In this document: in pieces, positions 1-13,976 of the stretch | Layout of the letters: each line of letters opens with the position of its first letter | How positions within the stretch are numbered: position 1 is the stretch's first letter | Assembly: GCA_951406725.2 (NCBI GenBank) | Contig: OX597824.1 | Coordinates: forward strand, 76,384,001 to 76,448,000 | Source of the DNA: Octopus vulgaris | Lineage: Eukaryota | Direction of reading: 5' to 3' | Length of the DNA: 64,000 nt | Notes under the pieces: generated by a model | What the model saw: the letters and a program-made list of their open reading frames with translations, nothing else | What the model was told of the DNA's origin: nothing | Databases searched by the model: none | Translations under genes and position numbers: made by a program

Positions 1-57
1 TAGCTACACCACTGGGAAAAGACACACACACATACACACGCCTTCTCTCACTTCCAC

Positions 58-99
<42 letters not shown>

Positions 100-126
100 G
101 TAGACACATGTATATAAATATATATA

Positions 127-540
127 TTTCTTTATTGCCCACAAGAGGCTAAACATAGAGGGGACAAACAGGGACAGAAAAAGGGAGTAAGTCGATTACA
201 TCGACCCCAGTGCGTAACTGGTACTTAATTTATCGACCCCGAAAGGATGAAAGGCAAAGTCGACCTCGGCGGAATTTGAACTCAGAACGTAACGGCAGAC
301 GAAATACCTATTTCTTTATTACCCACAAGGGGGTATACACAGAGGGGGCAAACAAGGACAGACAAACGGATTAAGTCGATTACATCGACCCCAGTTCGTA
401 ACTGGTATTTAATTTATCGACCCCGAAAGGATGAAAGGCAAAGTCGACCTCGGCGGAATTTGAACTCAGAACTTAGCGGCAGACGACATACTGCTAAGCA
501 TTTCGCCCGGCGTGCTAACGTTTCTGCCAGCTCGCCGCCT
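127..540 (-). mobile_element. tRNA-derived SINE, family A (Meta-like central domain), with an internal ~180-bp duplication
   Basis: Minus strand reads GGCGGCGAGCTGGCAGAAACGTTAGC...GAGTTCAAATTCCGCCGAGGTCGACTTTGCCTTTCATCCTTTCGGGGTCG (A-box/B-box-like head plus conserved core). The family recurs many times in the window. Confidence 0.85.
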
Positions 541-1116
541 TTTGTATATAAATATATACGACGGACCTTTACACAGTTTCCGTCTATTAAGTTAATTCAG
601 AATACATTGGCTGCCTCGAAGTGCCGCGCAGTGGGACTGAACCCGAAACCACACAATTGTAATGTAGAGCTTCTTAACCAGTTTATTTCAGTTGAAAATT
701 CTCCAGATTTAGAGTGTTATTGCCGTAGTTCCATTTTGATGGTGAAAATAAAGTGTAACTGTAAAACATGCACGTAAAATGAAAACGTATTCCCCTCGGG
801 TTGTTCATGCCTTTTCTTATGATGTATGAGACGTCAGAAATAAACTCCGTCTTATTAGTCAGAATATCATTATTTTTACCGAGTAGATGGATTACTTGTC
901 TTTTCCACTGCTACATTTGCATGCTTCATTTTCCTGCACTTTTTATGCGGCAAATTTAACTTATTCACTCTCCCATCTAACCATGATTTGGTATTTATTT
1001 ATGTTATTTCTCATTTACGCAGTGGGGCCTTATTTAGTCTGATATCAATATGGCGCGCGTTTTTGGTAACTAGTTCTATTCGAATGTTTGCCAGTACGAA
1101 AATTCATAATAGATAT

Positions 1117-1490
1117 TACTCTTTTTACTTGTTTCAGTCATTTGACTGCGGCCATGCTGGAGCACCGCCTTTAGTCGAGCAAATCGACCCCGGGACTTAT
1201 TCTTTGTAAGCCCAGTACTTATTCTATCGGTCTCTTTTGCCGAACCGCTAGGTGACGGGGACGTAAACACACTAGCATCGGTTGTCAAGCAATGCTAGGG
1301 GGACAAACACAGACACACAAACACACACACACACATATATACATATATACGACAGGCTTCTTTCAGTTTCCGTCTACCAAATCCACTCACAAGGCATTGG
1401 TCGGCAGAAGACACATGCCCAAGATGCCACGCAGTGGGACTGAACCTAGAACCATGTGGTTGGTTAGCAAGCTACTTACCACCTGCGCCT
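1117..1490 (-). mobile_element. tRNA-derived SINE, family B
   Basis: Near-identical to the copies at 6620, 13352 and 61128. It has a tRNA-like head, an internal (CA)/(TA) tract and a GAGTAAAA-type tail. Confidence 0.85.
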
Positions 1491-1719
1491 ATTAGATTTA
1501 TATAATATATATAATTAATAGATATCTCTTAATTATACAAGTACTTTCATGAGGCTCATGTTGCAATCTAGGTACCGGCAGAACGCAAGAACCAGAGCGA
1601 AAGTCATTAGCAATGGCGTTGGTACATGATTCATCGTTATTTTCACGTTAAAGTATGCACAAATTGAACAAGTAAAGGGATGACCTAATTTTTTTACAGC
1701 GTCGATCAACATTATTTTT

Positions 1720-2303
1720 TGGTAGAATCGTTAGCACGCCGGGTGAAGTGCTTAGCGGTATTTCGTCTGCCGCTACGTTCTGAGTTCAAATTCCGCCGAA
1801 GTCGACTTTGCCTTTCATCCTTTCGGGGTCGATTAAATAAGTACCAGTTACGCACTGGAGTCGATATAATCGACTTAATCCGTTCGTCTGTCCTTGTTTG
1901 TCCTCTCTGTGTTTAGCTCCTTGTGGGTAGTAAATAAATAGATATTTCGTCTGCGCTACGTTCTGAGTTCAAATTCGCCGAGTCGACTTTGCCTTCATCC
2001 TTTCGGGGTCGATTAAATAAGTACCAGTTACGCACTGGAGTCGATATAATCGACTTAATCCGTTCGTCTGTCCTTGTTTGTCCTCTCTGTGTTTAGCTCC
2101 TTGTGGGTAGTAAATAAATAGATATTTCGTCTGCCGCTACGTTCTGAGTTCAAATTTCGCCGAGGTCGATTTTGTCTTTCATCCTTTCGGGGTCGATTGA
2201 ATAAGTACCAGTTACGCACTGGGGTCAATGTTATCGACTTAATCCCTTTGTCTGTCCTTATTTGTCCCCTCTATGTTTAGCCCCATGTGGGCAATAAAGA
2301 AAT
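1720..2303 (+). mobile_element. SINE family A with three tandem internal units
   Basis: The GTTCTGAGTTCAAATT...GGGGTCGAT unit occurs three times. The element sits inside a minisatellite, with ATTATTTTTT on both sides. Confidence 0.85.
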
Positions 2304-2305
2304 AT

Positions 2306-2520
2306 ATTATTTTTTTACAGTGCCTATTGACTTTATTTTTACAGCGCCGTTTGACATTTTTTACAGCGTCGAATGACATCATTTTTACAGCGTCGAATGA
2401 CATCATTTTTACAGCGTTGTTTGACATATTTTACAGCATCTATTGACATTATTTTTACAGCATAAATTGACATTAATTTTTAGCTTCGACTCATATTCCT
2501 TGCAGCGTCAATTGACATTA
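2306..2520. repeat. Degenerate ~23-25-bp minisatellite (TTTTACAGCGTCGAATGACATCATT)
   Basis: About 8-9 visible units, plus one more at ~1690-1718 on the other side of the SINE. Confidence 0.8.
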
Positions 2521-2659
2521 TACATGAACTTATTTTGAGACACTGTTTATTTTTTAATACATATTGTTCTTCCATATTTGAATAGAAATATTTTCAACCG
2601 TTGGTACAAAAAACAAAACAAGACAAAACAAAGAAACTTGATATCTAAGGATTGTAAAT

Positions 2660-3408
2660 ATGGGGCTATATAACTGGTTCTTCAAGACCGAGGAGATGGT
2701 AGTGCAGTCACATGTTGAGTTAGTGCGGCACACACTTCCCTGAGACTCATGTTGCTAAATAGGCTTCGGCAGAACATGGGAGTCAAAGCGGGAGTCATAG
2801 GCGATGACATTGACACCTGATTCATCGTAACTTTTGCGTTGAAGTATGCAAAATTTGCTCATGTGAAGGATGACCAGAAACGAGATGTGTGTTGGATGAA
2901 GTATTCGTGGTCATGAAGGTCTTGATAACTCGTATAAACTGTAGAGCCACTGCGGAACTTTATCCCAGCTTGAGTTGAAAAAGAGAAGTGATACCGCTGA
3001 ACAGAGCTGAACATTAAACCTACCTGTTATACACCCGGATGTAAGATTCACTCTAAGGCTTTCGGCCTTAAGGATCGAGAAAACACAGAAGATAAAAGAC
3101 ACTAGCAAACAGCAGCGGTGCCAGTAATAGAAACATGAGGACACATGGAACTGATATTTCCGGAAAACCACATATGATAGCCAAGAAATCTTGTATTGCT
3201 TTCGATTCTGGGAGCTAGCGACTAAGACGAAGAAGACTTTCCGCCCTGTAATATCGAGAAATCGTTTTGCGGTGGGTGAAGATGAAAAGAAATGAAGACC
3301 GGAGGAAGGCAACGAGCTGGCGCTGGCAGCAGAAGAATTATAGTGCGAAAGGAATAAGTAAACTCAAAGAAATGGTTTCCAAGCTTCAAGAGGCACAGGG
3401 AGAAGCTA
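2660..3408 (+). mobile_element. Possible decayed non-LTR retrotransposon ORF1 fragment (L1/Tx1-like)
   Basis: Coding-like composition with stops, and FVVMK...INCRAT resembling a zinc-knuckle remnant. A diverged partial copy lies at ~1550-1690. The family call is inference. Confidence 0.25.
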
Positions 3409-3551
<143 letters not shown>

Positions 3552-3687
3552 GTTGGCCTGCCTATCTTTCCTTTTTACGATCCCTTTTGATCGAAAACCT
3601 ACCCCACTTTTTCTTCCCCCAAAAGAAAAGCTATACTTTGTAATTTGTCCCGTCTATGTGCAGCCCCGTGTGGCTAATAAAGAAAAA

Positions 3688-3763
<76 letters not shown>

Positions 3764-3764
3764 A

Positions 3765-3796
<32 letters not shown>

Positions 3797-4957
3797 GTCT
3801 GTCTGTCTATGATGTACGCACGTACCTGTTTTTGTGTTGTGTGTGTGTGTAGTAAGAGAAGGAATGAATGTGATATTAAAGAGGAAGAAATGAGCGAAAA
3901 AAATGAAAGAGGGAATGGATGGACAAAGGGAGATAGAAAGGAAGAAAGAGAGACAAAAGCGAATAGATGCAGAGAGAAAGAAAGAACAAAATCAAGCGGG
4001 AGAAAGAAATAAGAATGTATTGACGAATGGCAAAATGAAGGAATGATAGAATGATGGAATGATAAAAAAATAATGGATAGCTGGAGAGAAAGAAGGAAGG
4101 AAAGAGAATGTTCTAAATGAAATGAGAAAAGAAAAACCCGAAAGATTTGGAATAAATGAAAGATAAATGAATGGAAGAAGGAGGGGATACTAAATGAAAA
4201 GAAATAAGAAAGAAATGAAATTAAAAAGGACAATTTTGGCTTTAAAGAATAAAAGAGTGGAAGATTGAAGGCGGAATGACGAAGGTATTGTGGGAGTGGA
4301 GGTGTGGGCGGTTATTTTTGGAAAAGACGCAATCACATGTGGGAAGAACGTGCGGGGGCGGAAGATTAAGAAAGAAAGAAAGAAATATTTAAAGACACAA
4401 AAAGTTAGAATGGGAAAGTAAAGATAAATTTAGCGGGGGAGTCGATAGCGATAGCAAGAATACCAGAGGCATGCATATGTGAGGTGAATAACTGTGACTG
4501 CATATATCCACATGCACACACATACATATAAAGAAATACACACATACATATACACGTGTATATATGCGCACGTATACGTGCGTTACGCGCGTTTTGTGTA
4601 GGCATGTATGTATATATATATCAGCAAAATATAGTGTGTGCTTGCGTATTTCTGCAAGTGTATACGTGCCCGAAATTCTGTGTATTGCATACAAACGGGG
4701 AATTTATCATCATTTACGTAGTGATAGTAAGAATCCTCAGGCCATGTATAGAAACGGTGTGTGCATATGTGTGTGTGTATGTGTGTGTGTATGCATATAT
4801 ATATGTATGTATAAATATTTATATATACATACATATACGTATGTGCTTGTGTATGTATGTATGCATGCATACGTATATCTATATATATGTATATATGTAT
4901 ATGTATGTATATATGTATATGTATGTATATATGTATATATATATATATATATATATC

Positions 4958-5097
<140 letters not shown>

Positions 5098-5593
5098 TAC
5101 ATATAAAAGAGGGGGAAAATTGAAACTGTGTCTTTGAATGAGTCTGTGCATGCGTATGTATATGTATCTCTCTTTTACTTGTTTCAGTCATTTGACTGCG
5201 ACCATGCTGGAGCACCGCCTGTACTAAAAGAAGTGTTTTTAAGTATATTTGCAGCGAAGAGGAAAAAACGAAAAGGTAAAAGAGAATGGATGTACAATGA
5301 TGATGAGATTGGTGATAATGATAAGAAGATGAGGAGGAAAGGCGTATACGTACACACAAGTACACACACACGTACTCATGCATACACATTAGGCGAAGAG
5401 CACAAAAACACGATAACCCAGGAAGGAAAGTTTTAACAAATGTTTTATTAGCTAAACGCTCAAAAGAAGGGAGAAAGTATTTACTTTTCGTATGGTTGTA
5501 CTTCATAAGAAAAATAAAACAATGAGAAAAGAAAGATGGTGGGAAACGTAACATGATTGAGAATATACATACATACATACACATATTTATACC

Positions 5594-5659
<66 letters not shown>

Positions 5660-6030
5660 CGTGATCACCGTGACCGACCAGGCTATCAGATGTTGTTACA
5701 CATCGCTGGTCACAATGCGCTTCGCATTGTTTTAGCCTTCAAATGACGCCACCTCATTGGCTAAGCGAGCAGTATATATATATATTTATGTATATAAATT
5801 CATATGTATATATATTTGTATATATATATATATATATACATACATATATACATATATACACACACACACATACACACACACACACACACATATATATATA
5901 CCCGTTCTCGTTCTTCGTTTTTTCCCTCTTAATCCTTTCTGTCAAACAGCGTATGTTCAAAACGTAAAAGACTTTTCTACGTTTCCTGAGCGTTAAACAA
6001 ATACACCTCCTTGTTGTTCCTACACCTCTC

Positions 6031-6091
<61 letters not shown>

Positions 6092-6619
6092 TGCATATAT
6101 GTATGCATGTATATATGAATGTATGTGTATAACAGATATCCGCATAGTTTTCATCTACGAAGTTTCTCTTACCAGTATTGATTGGTAAGTGAGAGTTATA
6201 TCAGAAGACATCCAAAGATCGACGCATTGGTATCAAACCCAGAACAATGTCGTCGTGAAGCACACTGTACAACTCGTATGCAATGGCATAAATGACTAAA
6301 CGTGTAGTAATATTTAGAGCAGGTGTATACCCGCCTGTATTATTCTGTGGAGTAACGCGGATCGGACATACGCAGGACATCCTTAATATCAGATACAAGC
6401 AGCCTTAAAACCAGATACAACCAGCATATGCATTCATTTAATTCCGGAGGTATAATGAATTCCACCTCTCTACTTAAATACTTCGTACATTTAAAGCAGA
6501 AACGAAATGCTATTTTCTTTTTTTTTTCTATATTATATAATAGAACATCAACAGAGGAAGACAATATATCTTCTTTCTACATGAGAAATTCCATAATGTG
6601 GTAGAAAAACACAGATTAC

Positions 6620-7038
6620 TCTTTACTATTTACTCTTTTACTCAATTACTTGCTTCGGTCATTTGACTGTGGCCATGCTGAAGCACCGCCTCTAGTCGAG
6701 GAAATCGACCCCAAGACTTATTCTTTGGAAGCCTAGTACTTATTCTATCGGTCTCTTTTGCCGAACCGCTAAGTGACGGGGACATAAACACACCAGCATC
6801 GGTTGACAAGCGATGTTGGGGGTGGACAAACAGACACACAAACACACGCACAAATATATACATATACATATATACGACGGGCTTCTTTCAGTTTCCGTCT
6901 ACCAAATCCACTCACAAGGCTTTGGTCGGCCCGAGGCTATAGTAGAGGACACTTGCCCAAGGTGCCACGCAGTGGGACTGAACCCGGGACCATGTGGTTG
7001 GTAAGCAAGCTACTTACCACACAGCCACTCCTGCGCCT
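6620..7038 (-). mobile_element. SINE family B, full length
   Basis: Minus-strand head AGGCGCAGGAGTGGCTGTGTGGTAAG...GGTTCAGTCCC, a CCTTGGGCAAGT block, and a (GAGTAAAA)-like tail. Confidence 0.9.
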
Positions 7039-7081
7039 GAATAAACAATCCAAAAGTTTCTCGTCGTTGTCCGAAAATTAA

Positions 7082-7366
7082 AATTTTTATTGTAGTTATT
7101 CAAAACCCGGAGAGGATATCGTAATTCTTATTGTAAATATTGAAAATCCAGATGGAGCAGCTTCTCGTGTAATATTTCCTTCGACTGAATCTAATTCCAT
7201 TTCCATAGTGTCTATTTCCGCCTGCTGGCTAGCTGTAATCATTCTTTCTACAACTGACTCCGAAGAAACTCAAGTCAATTGGGGTCCTCTATGTGACAAC
7301 ACCAAGATCGCATCCTTTCTCATCTTGTCGCTTGAAAGATTACGAGTCGCGATAACCTTCAATTAG
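7082..7366 (+). pseudogene. Stop-free ~94-codon stretch weakly resembling class A GPCR TM1-TM3
   Basis: Translates to PGEDIVILIV...SISIVSISACWLAVII...WGPLCD...ASFLILSLERLRVAI. There is no ATG, and the Cys-to-ER spacing is shorter than canonical. Confidence 0.2.
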
Positions 7367-7439
7367 AGATCGAGTGAATCACAAGCATATACTTGCATGT
7401 ATATATGTATGAATGTCTGTCTGTCTGTCTGTATATATG

Positions 7440-8160
7440 TATGTCATTATTCAGTTTATTTCAAGATATTTTGCCAATAGAGAAAGAATCGGTTTCTAAC
7501 CTAGATCCAAGGCTCATTCATTGGAATTTCAAGGAGGGTACACTTGTCTGTCTGTATTTCTGTCTCTCTCTCTGTATGTATGTGCAGATTTGTATGTTTT
7601 ATGTAAGTATTCTCATGCATATAGTTGCATATCTCATATATATTTAAATGATAAAATCCTTGAAATGTTCGAGATTTTTACAGTTCCAGTGATGGAATGT
7701 ATTTGTAGTCTTCGAATTACCATTCTCCTTTCTGGTTTTTAGAAGCCTAATTTCTCAAGATTGATATCTAGGCAGTGTGTTACATTTCACAGGGCCCCAA
7801 TAATTACAGGTATGGACCTGAACTTGTAATCTGGATAGAGTAACTGCAGATTTCTCAATAGTTCAGTATAGGTAGTCTCTTTTTCACTGATATTCTGCTT
7901 TATGTTAACATCCGCTGGGTAGCCAATTTACACAACTGTGTACAGTTTCTCTTCTCTATCCCAAATCACTATATCTGTTCTGTTGTGCTTACATTCCATT
8001 GAGGTCTTCACTTGTACATTCCACCAGTATTACTTTTTATTATGAGTAGCTATGGCTTTTACCATATTGTGGGTTCTTATTTCTTTGTCCTCGGGAATAT
8101 CTTTGCGACGGATTTCATCATAGTTTCCTAGCTGCAACGCCATGTCTCATCAGTAGATGA
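7440..8160 (-). mobile_element. 3' fragment of a restriction-like-endonuclease non-LTR retrotransposon (R4/Dong-like)
   Basis: Minus strand gives DIVIWDREEKLYTVV...ADVNIK...NLQLLYPDYKFRSIPVIIGA (RLE-type C-terminus), followed by a 3' UTR. It abuts a (TATG)n array. Confidence 0.7.
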
Positions 8161-8161
8161 C

Positions 8162-8164
<3 letters not shown>

Positions 8165-8194
<30 letters not shown>

Positions 8195-8825
8195 TGTATG
8201 TATGTATGTATGTATGTATGTATGTATGTATGTATGTATGTATGTATGTATGCATGCATGCATGTATGTATGTATGTATGTATGTATGTATGTATGTATG
8301 TATGTATGTCAGTATCCAATCTTGCCAATAGAAAAAAGTCCGTTTCTAACCTAGACCCAAGTCTGCTTCAATGGATTTTCAACATCAACAGGGTATTATT
8401 GCATGCACATGTGTATATGTACAGTATTTGGAGCCAGTGCATGTTCAGATTTATTTTGTTTTATCTGTGTATTCTCATGCATATTGTTGAATATCTAGCT
8501 AGGCGTATATATACTTAAATGATAAATTTCTGGAACGTTTTCCAGATTCTTACAGTACCTGTGGTTTATGTATGTATGTATGTATGTATGTATGTATGTA
8601 TGTATGTATGTATGTATGTATGTATGTATGTATGTATGTATGTATGTATGTATGTATGTATGCATGCATGCATGTATGTATGTATGTATGTATGTATGTA
8701 TGTATGTGTGTGTGTGTGTATGTATGTATGTATATATGTATGTACGTATGCATGCATTCATGCATCCATGCCTGCTTGCCTGCCTGCGTATCTATGTATG
8801 TAATTATGTATGTATATATGTATGA
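8165..8825. repeat. (TATG)n arrays enclosing a second R4-like 3'-end fragment (~8310-8560, minus)
   Basis: Tetranucleotide arrays. The intervening sequence is homologous to 7440-7700. Confidence 0.8.
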
Positions 8826-9189
8826 CTACTTTTCAGCCATATGTAATAATTTGTGACTTGCAGTTTGTCTTAAGACTGATTGCAAGTCCAAACTAATCAG
8901 ACGTAGCTTAGTTAATCATGCTACAACCAGCACCAGGCAAGCCATATATATCCCTACACCTGTGTGTCCGGATTATTCTTTAATAGATCCATGATATTGA
9001 ATGGCAAAAGTTAAGTTCTGAGATGCATAAGCGACGATGATTGTCTAACTTTGTAAGTTGTGTTGAAAATATAATGAATATAACTACCGCAGATAGCACG
9101 ACCACAAGTTTTAACTTATGAAATTGTATTTTTCAGTTGATAATTAGGCGTTGGTTAGTAATATTAAAAAAAAAAGTTGGTCGTCCATT

Positions 9190-10120
9190 AGTTTCTACGA
9201 CCTTTGTGTTTCGAGTGTTATTTTCATTCTCAAGGATTTCCTAATATACTGGTGACCGAATGTTGTATGCTACTGTAATATTTTGAGTTGAATGTTTAAT
9301 ACACAAGGCAATGCATTGAGAATATCTGAAGTACTTTTTGTCCATTGCAATTGCTGAATAACTATTGCTTTAGCAGGCTATATATATCGCTATCAATTAA
9401 TGTTGCTGTAAGCTATCTTTAGAGCAATAGTTTCTGTACTTCTTGAAATCGTTTAACCAAAGTTTTTAAAGTGGACGCATTTGTGCAGACTTTTCTTATC
9501 AAATAAAATTGCATATTTCTTCTTGTGTGTTTATAACGGTGAGATGTAAATAACAAATATTGCTTTGTGTTTGGTTGCTTGAAGTAAATATCGGTGTCGA
9601 TATCCGTGTTTCTTCTAATAATAGCAATTTTCCAAGGAGGTAGTCGGTGTTTATTATACTCCGGTGTGAGTTGAATACTATTATTTCTACTATATATATT
9701 AATTAAATATTTTTTTCAACTTACCAGATTGATCGAGACAATGTATTCCCAAGATATAGCAACTATATATCATTTCCAGTTGCTCAATACATATTTATGA
9801 AAGTTGTCACCAGATCTTAATCTGGATTGTCCTTGTATATAGACTTATAAGTACATCATGACTAAATTGGCATAATTCAGAGTAACTTTTGTTACCATAG
9901 TGGACCTAGATATTTTCCCATCAATAATACCTTAGAAATCAAAATAATTGTTTTGTATGTCGAAATTTATTCCTTTAATGAGGATTGTTTTCTCTATTTC
10001 TTCTGGTACTTTGTGATAAATTATTTTCCATCTAGAATTCTATGACCATTTATTTCTATATTACTACATAAACTGAAGCAATGAGCATCTCTTTAGTTGC
10101 TTCTTTTTTCTGGAAACGGT
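9190..10120 (+). pseudogene. Heavily decayed intronless rhodopsin-class GPCR relic (tentative)
   Basis: Across frameshifts: VIFIL/GFPNILV (TM1-like, ~9215-9255), KYFLSIAIAE*LLL (TM2 LAxAD-like, ~9326-9370) and *PFISILLHK...SL*LLL (TM7/helix-8-like, ~10046-10105). The spacing fits a 7TM core. Confidence 0.35.
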
Positions 10121-10559
10121 TTAACAAGTCTGAGTCATCTGTTAAGAAAATCGGTATAAGTTTCAGAATAAGTTTCAAAAGTACATAAAAAATAGTTCAT
10201 GAATCTGTATGCTTCAGAAAACGGACCAGCTACAAATGAAAAGCTAGTACTAGTCTAACATTTAGTTTCTAGGGTTTATATTTCGTACATTTGATTCATT
10301 ATTATTTGATCTGAATATTGGCATGTATTTAGCAATCCTAGAGAAATGAAAGACAACGTATTTCCTGGCAGGATTTGAATCCAAAGCACAGAGACACAAG
10401 ACAAATACCGAATGTCCGATGCTCTCACGATTCTACTAGTTAGTATAATATAAATACTTGTACATATGCATGCGTGTAAAATAAATTTGTAGATATGTAA
10501 GTACACACACATATCTATACATATATTAACATATACATACGTATATATATATATCTATA

Positions 10560-10950
10560 TTTATATGTAGAGGGTTGAAAAGGAACACACGAGTTGATAT
10601 GTATAAGGAAAAAAGTCAAGGTAGAAAATGCTAAAATAATTTTATCATAAAAAAACATTTTAGTACCGGGCTCAGTTATTGAGACTTTTTAAACTCTAAG
10701 TATGGAAAACAATTAAATTTTGGAAAAATTAAACGAAAAATTTTTTAAAAGAATATTTGCATAGTATTCAAATACGTTGGGCATTTTCCTTGTTTCTACC
10801 TCTCTCTCTCTTTCTCTCTCTTGCTTACTCTTGTGGGTTCGAGGTCGTTGTGAATTCTTCGCAGAGAAGAAGAAGAAGAAGAAGAAGAAGAAGAAGAAGA
10901 AGAAGAAGAAGAAGAAGAAGAAGAAGAAGAAGAAGAAGAAGAAGAAGAAT
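10560..10950 (-). mobile_element. Dispersed non-coding repeat with an (AAG)n tract, homologous to 46470-46810
   Basis: Both copies translate to ...YANILLKNFSFNFSKI. This copy carries a degraded version of the HHR-like motif at ~10660-10700. Confidence 0.7.
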
Positions 10951-12173
10951 GCGGGAGTGGTACGATACCGAATGTCCGATGCTCTCACGATTCTGCTAGT
11001 TAGTATAATATAATACTTATACTTATGCATGCGTGAAATATAAATATGTAGACATGGAAGAGTACATACACACATATAACAGTTCAAAACAAACAGTCTA
11101 AAGCAGTCAAAAATAAAAGAGAGATAGACAGCGCAGAGAAAAAGAAGGAAGGAAGACAGTTCAAACCACAACAAATACACTTCCGGCCTCCGGTAATCCT
11201 GTTCGACATGTTTTCCACAAATTAGTACTCCATTCAGGTACTCCAGGTCCAGGAGCAGAAAAACAGAAAATATCATCCACGGTTCGGCAAAAGAGACCGA
11301 TAGAATAAGTACTGGGCTTACAAAGAATAAGTCCCGGGGTCGATTTGCTCGATTAAAGGCGGTGCTCCAGCATGGCCGCAGTCAAATGACTGAAACAAAT
11401 AGAAGAGAGCAAAGAGAAAAGAGAGTCTTATCCCAACTGCAGGCAGACTAGAGTCCACAATCCAGTGAGGACTCCTTGCTTATAAAAAATATTACCACAA
11501 ACAACAAATCCCCACTATACCCCCAAAACAAAAGCCTTACCTTACAGGTGGGCTACTTTTTCACCGGCTAGCCGGCAATCTCCTTCAGTGATACGCACAA
11601 CACAACAACAGATGTGCTCACTCACAACAAACAACACATGCGCTGTGGGAAGTAAGCGAGCTACTTACCACACAGCCACTGCTGCACCTATATATATGTA
11701 TGTATATAATATATATATATATACACATATACATATATGTATATATACATACACATACGTATATATATATATACATATATATATGTCTTTCAAACAACTT
11801 GCACATGCAAGTGCTACTAGTTAAAAGCTCCGTATACCGGAAGCCAGCAAGTGTATGGGGTCATCAGGAGAGAATGCGCGCCATTTCGGGGCCTACCTAT
11901 CGATGGCATCAATGCGCACCGGCCCCCCTCACTGATATGAGGCCCCGCTTGCTAGATCAGCTGGTTATGATCATGTATATATATATGTATATATACATAT
12001 ATATATACATGTACATATATATTTGTATACATATATACATGTACATATATATGTATATACATATATATATGTGTATACATATATATATATATAAATGGCG
12101 GTGCCCCAGCATGGCCACAGCTCATTAGCTGAAACTGGAAAAATCAAAATCAAAATCAAAATCATATGTATAT

Positions 12174-12240
<67 letters not shown>

Positions 12241-12399
12241 TATATATATATATATGTGTGTGTGTGTGTACATACATATGTATATATCGACTAATTCCTC
12301 ATTACCTTGGGAAAAGCTTCTTCTGCTGGTTAAACAGTAATTTAATAAAAATGTGTAATGGACCAACATTTCACAAACCGTTTACTTATTATATAGTAG

Positions 12400-13300
12400 T
12401 TGTAAGAGTTAAATTTTGTTTCGTTAGACAGTAAACTTACTCTGAAATAAACAAAATACATTATTAAAAAAAATTACTAATAATAAATAAAAAGAAAGAA
12501 CTTTGCCAACATAAATGTTGGTTATAAAACGGTATTAGCATAAAAATATTTTTAGTATCGTTATAAAAGAAAGTAATTTGAAAGAAATTATAATTATACA
12601 TTTTGTTTTGAATTTTTTTTGTCTTCAAGGTAAGAAATTTATCGTTTGTTAGCATTTAATGCAAACAGGTTGTGCAGTTTTACACTTAATATCACACATT
12701 CTCTTCAATTACTGTTTATCTCCCAAAATAATCATGTTGGTTGAGGAAATAAGTATTACGTATTTATTACCAAAAATAATCAAAGACAATAAAAACTCTA
12801 TTTATCGAGTTGCCATTTTTTATTCCTGTACAATATTGATTAAACATCTGCCGAATTTATCGTAAATTAAATTTTGCTTTTAAATACGATGTAAGTAGTA
12901 TCGTAAGATAAGTGACATTTTTTCAAACTTAAGTAAATGGTCTTATAATTCTAACATTGATAAATACATTTCTTATATGTCCTTACTAAAATCTCATTAT
13001 CTTTACATTTCTCATGAGGGCCATTTGTCAACTGAATATTTCAGCAGGGTCAAACATTGGGAAAATATCAATTTGTTCCTTTAGGAATAAAATGTCATCA
13101 GTTTCATCAAAATTTGAAACATTCTATATGTAGTAAAGAGAGGTAAATTATTTGAAGTAATTCACCTTAATTGTTGAATAAACGAGTTTCAAAAATGGTC
13201 AATCCCTCGGGATGTATGGTATGTACTAATAAATGGTGAATAAAAGAAACTAATGATTTGTAGGAGCAGCACTCTCTATTTCCTTTTCATGTTGCATGAA
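12400..13300 (-). pseudogene. Decayed leucine-rich-repeat coding relic (tentative)
   Basis: Minus-strand frames give HTIHPEG.. and NNLPLFTTYRMFQILMKLMTFYS*RNKLIF, which fits NxLxxLxxxxFxxLxxLxxLxLxxNxL. Many stops are present. Confidence 0.25.
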
Positions 13301-13351
13301 ATACAAAAGAATTTATATAATCATAGAAGTGTTTTCTATTCTTGTAAAGAT

Positions 13352-13820
13352 ACTCTTTACTCTTACTCTTTTACTTGTTTCAGTCATTTGACTGTGGCCA
13401 TGCTGGAGCACCGCCTCTAGTCGAGCAAATCGACCCCGGGACTTATTCTTTGTAAGCCCAGTACTTATTCTATCGGTCTCTTTTGCCGAACCGCTAAGTG
13501 ACGGGGACGTATACACACCAGCATCGGTTGTCAAGCAATGCTAGGGGGACAAACACAGACACACAAACACACACATACACATACACATACATATATATAT
13601 ATATACATATATATATATACATATATATATATACATATATATATATACATATATACGACAGGCTTCTTTCAGTTTCCGTCTACCAAATCCACTCACAAGG
13701 CATTGGTCGGCCCAGGGCTATAGCAGAAGACACTTGCCCAAGATGCCACGCAGTGGGACTGAACCCAGAACCATGTGGTTGGTTAGCAAGCTACTTACCA
13801 CACAGCCACTCCTGCGCCTA
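13352..13820 (-). mobile_element. SINE family B, full length
   Basis: High identity to the 1117 and 6620 copies. Confidence 0.9.
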
Positions 13821-13976
13821 CTCTGAATGAACATTCAATATTTTGATTGACAACGATCACGTTTTATTTAGAACTTTACGACAGGTACTGTCGATGTAAG
13901 GAGAACAGCTTACACACATATATACATGTGTATACTTGTTTACAGCTTGTAAGTGAAAGAAGAAAACAGTGCTCAA

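Noticed and set aside
11870-11950. HDV-like ribozyme
   Set aside because: P3/L3, P1.1 and the catalytic J4/2 strand could not be placed on either strand.
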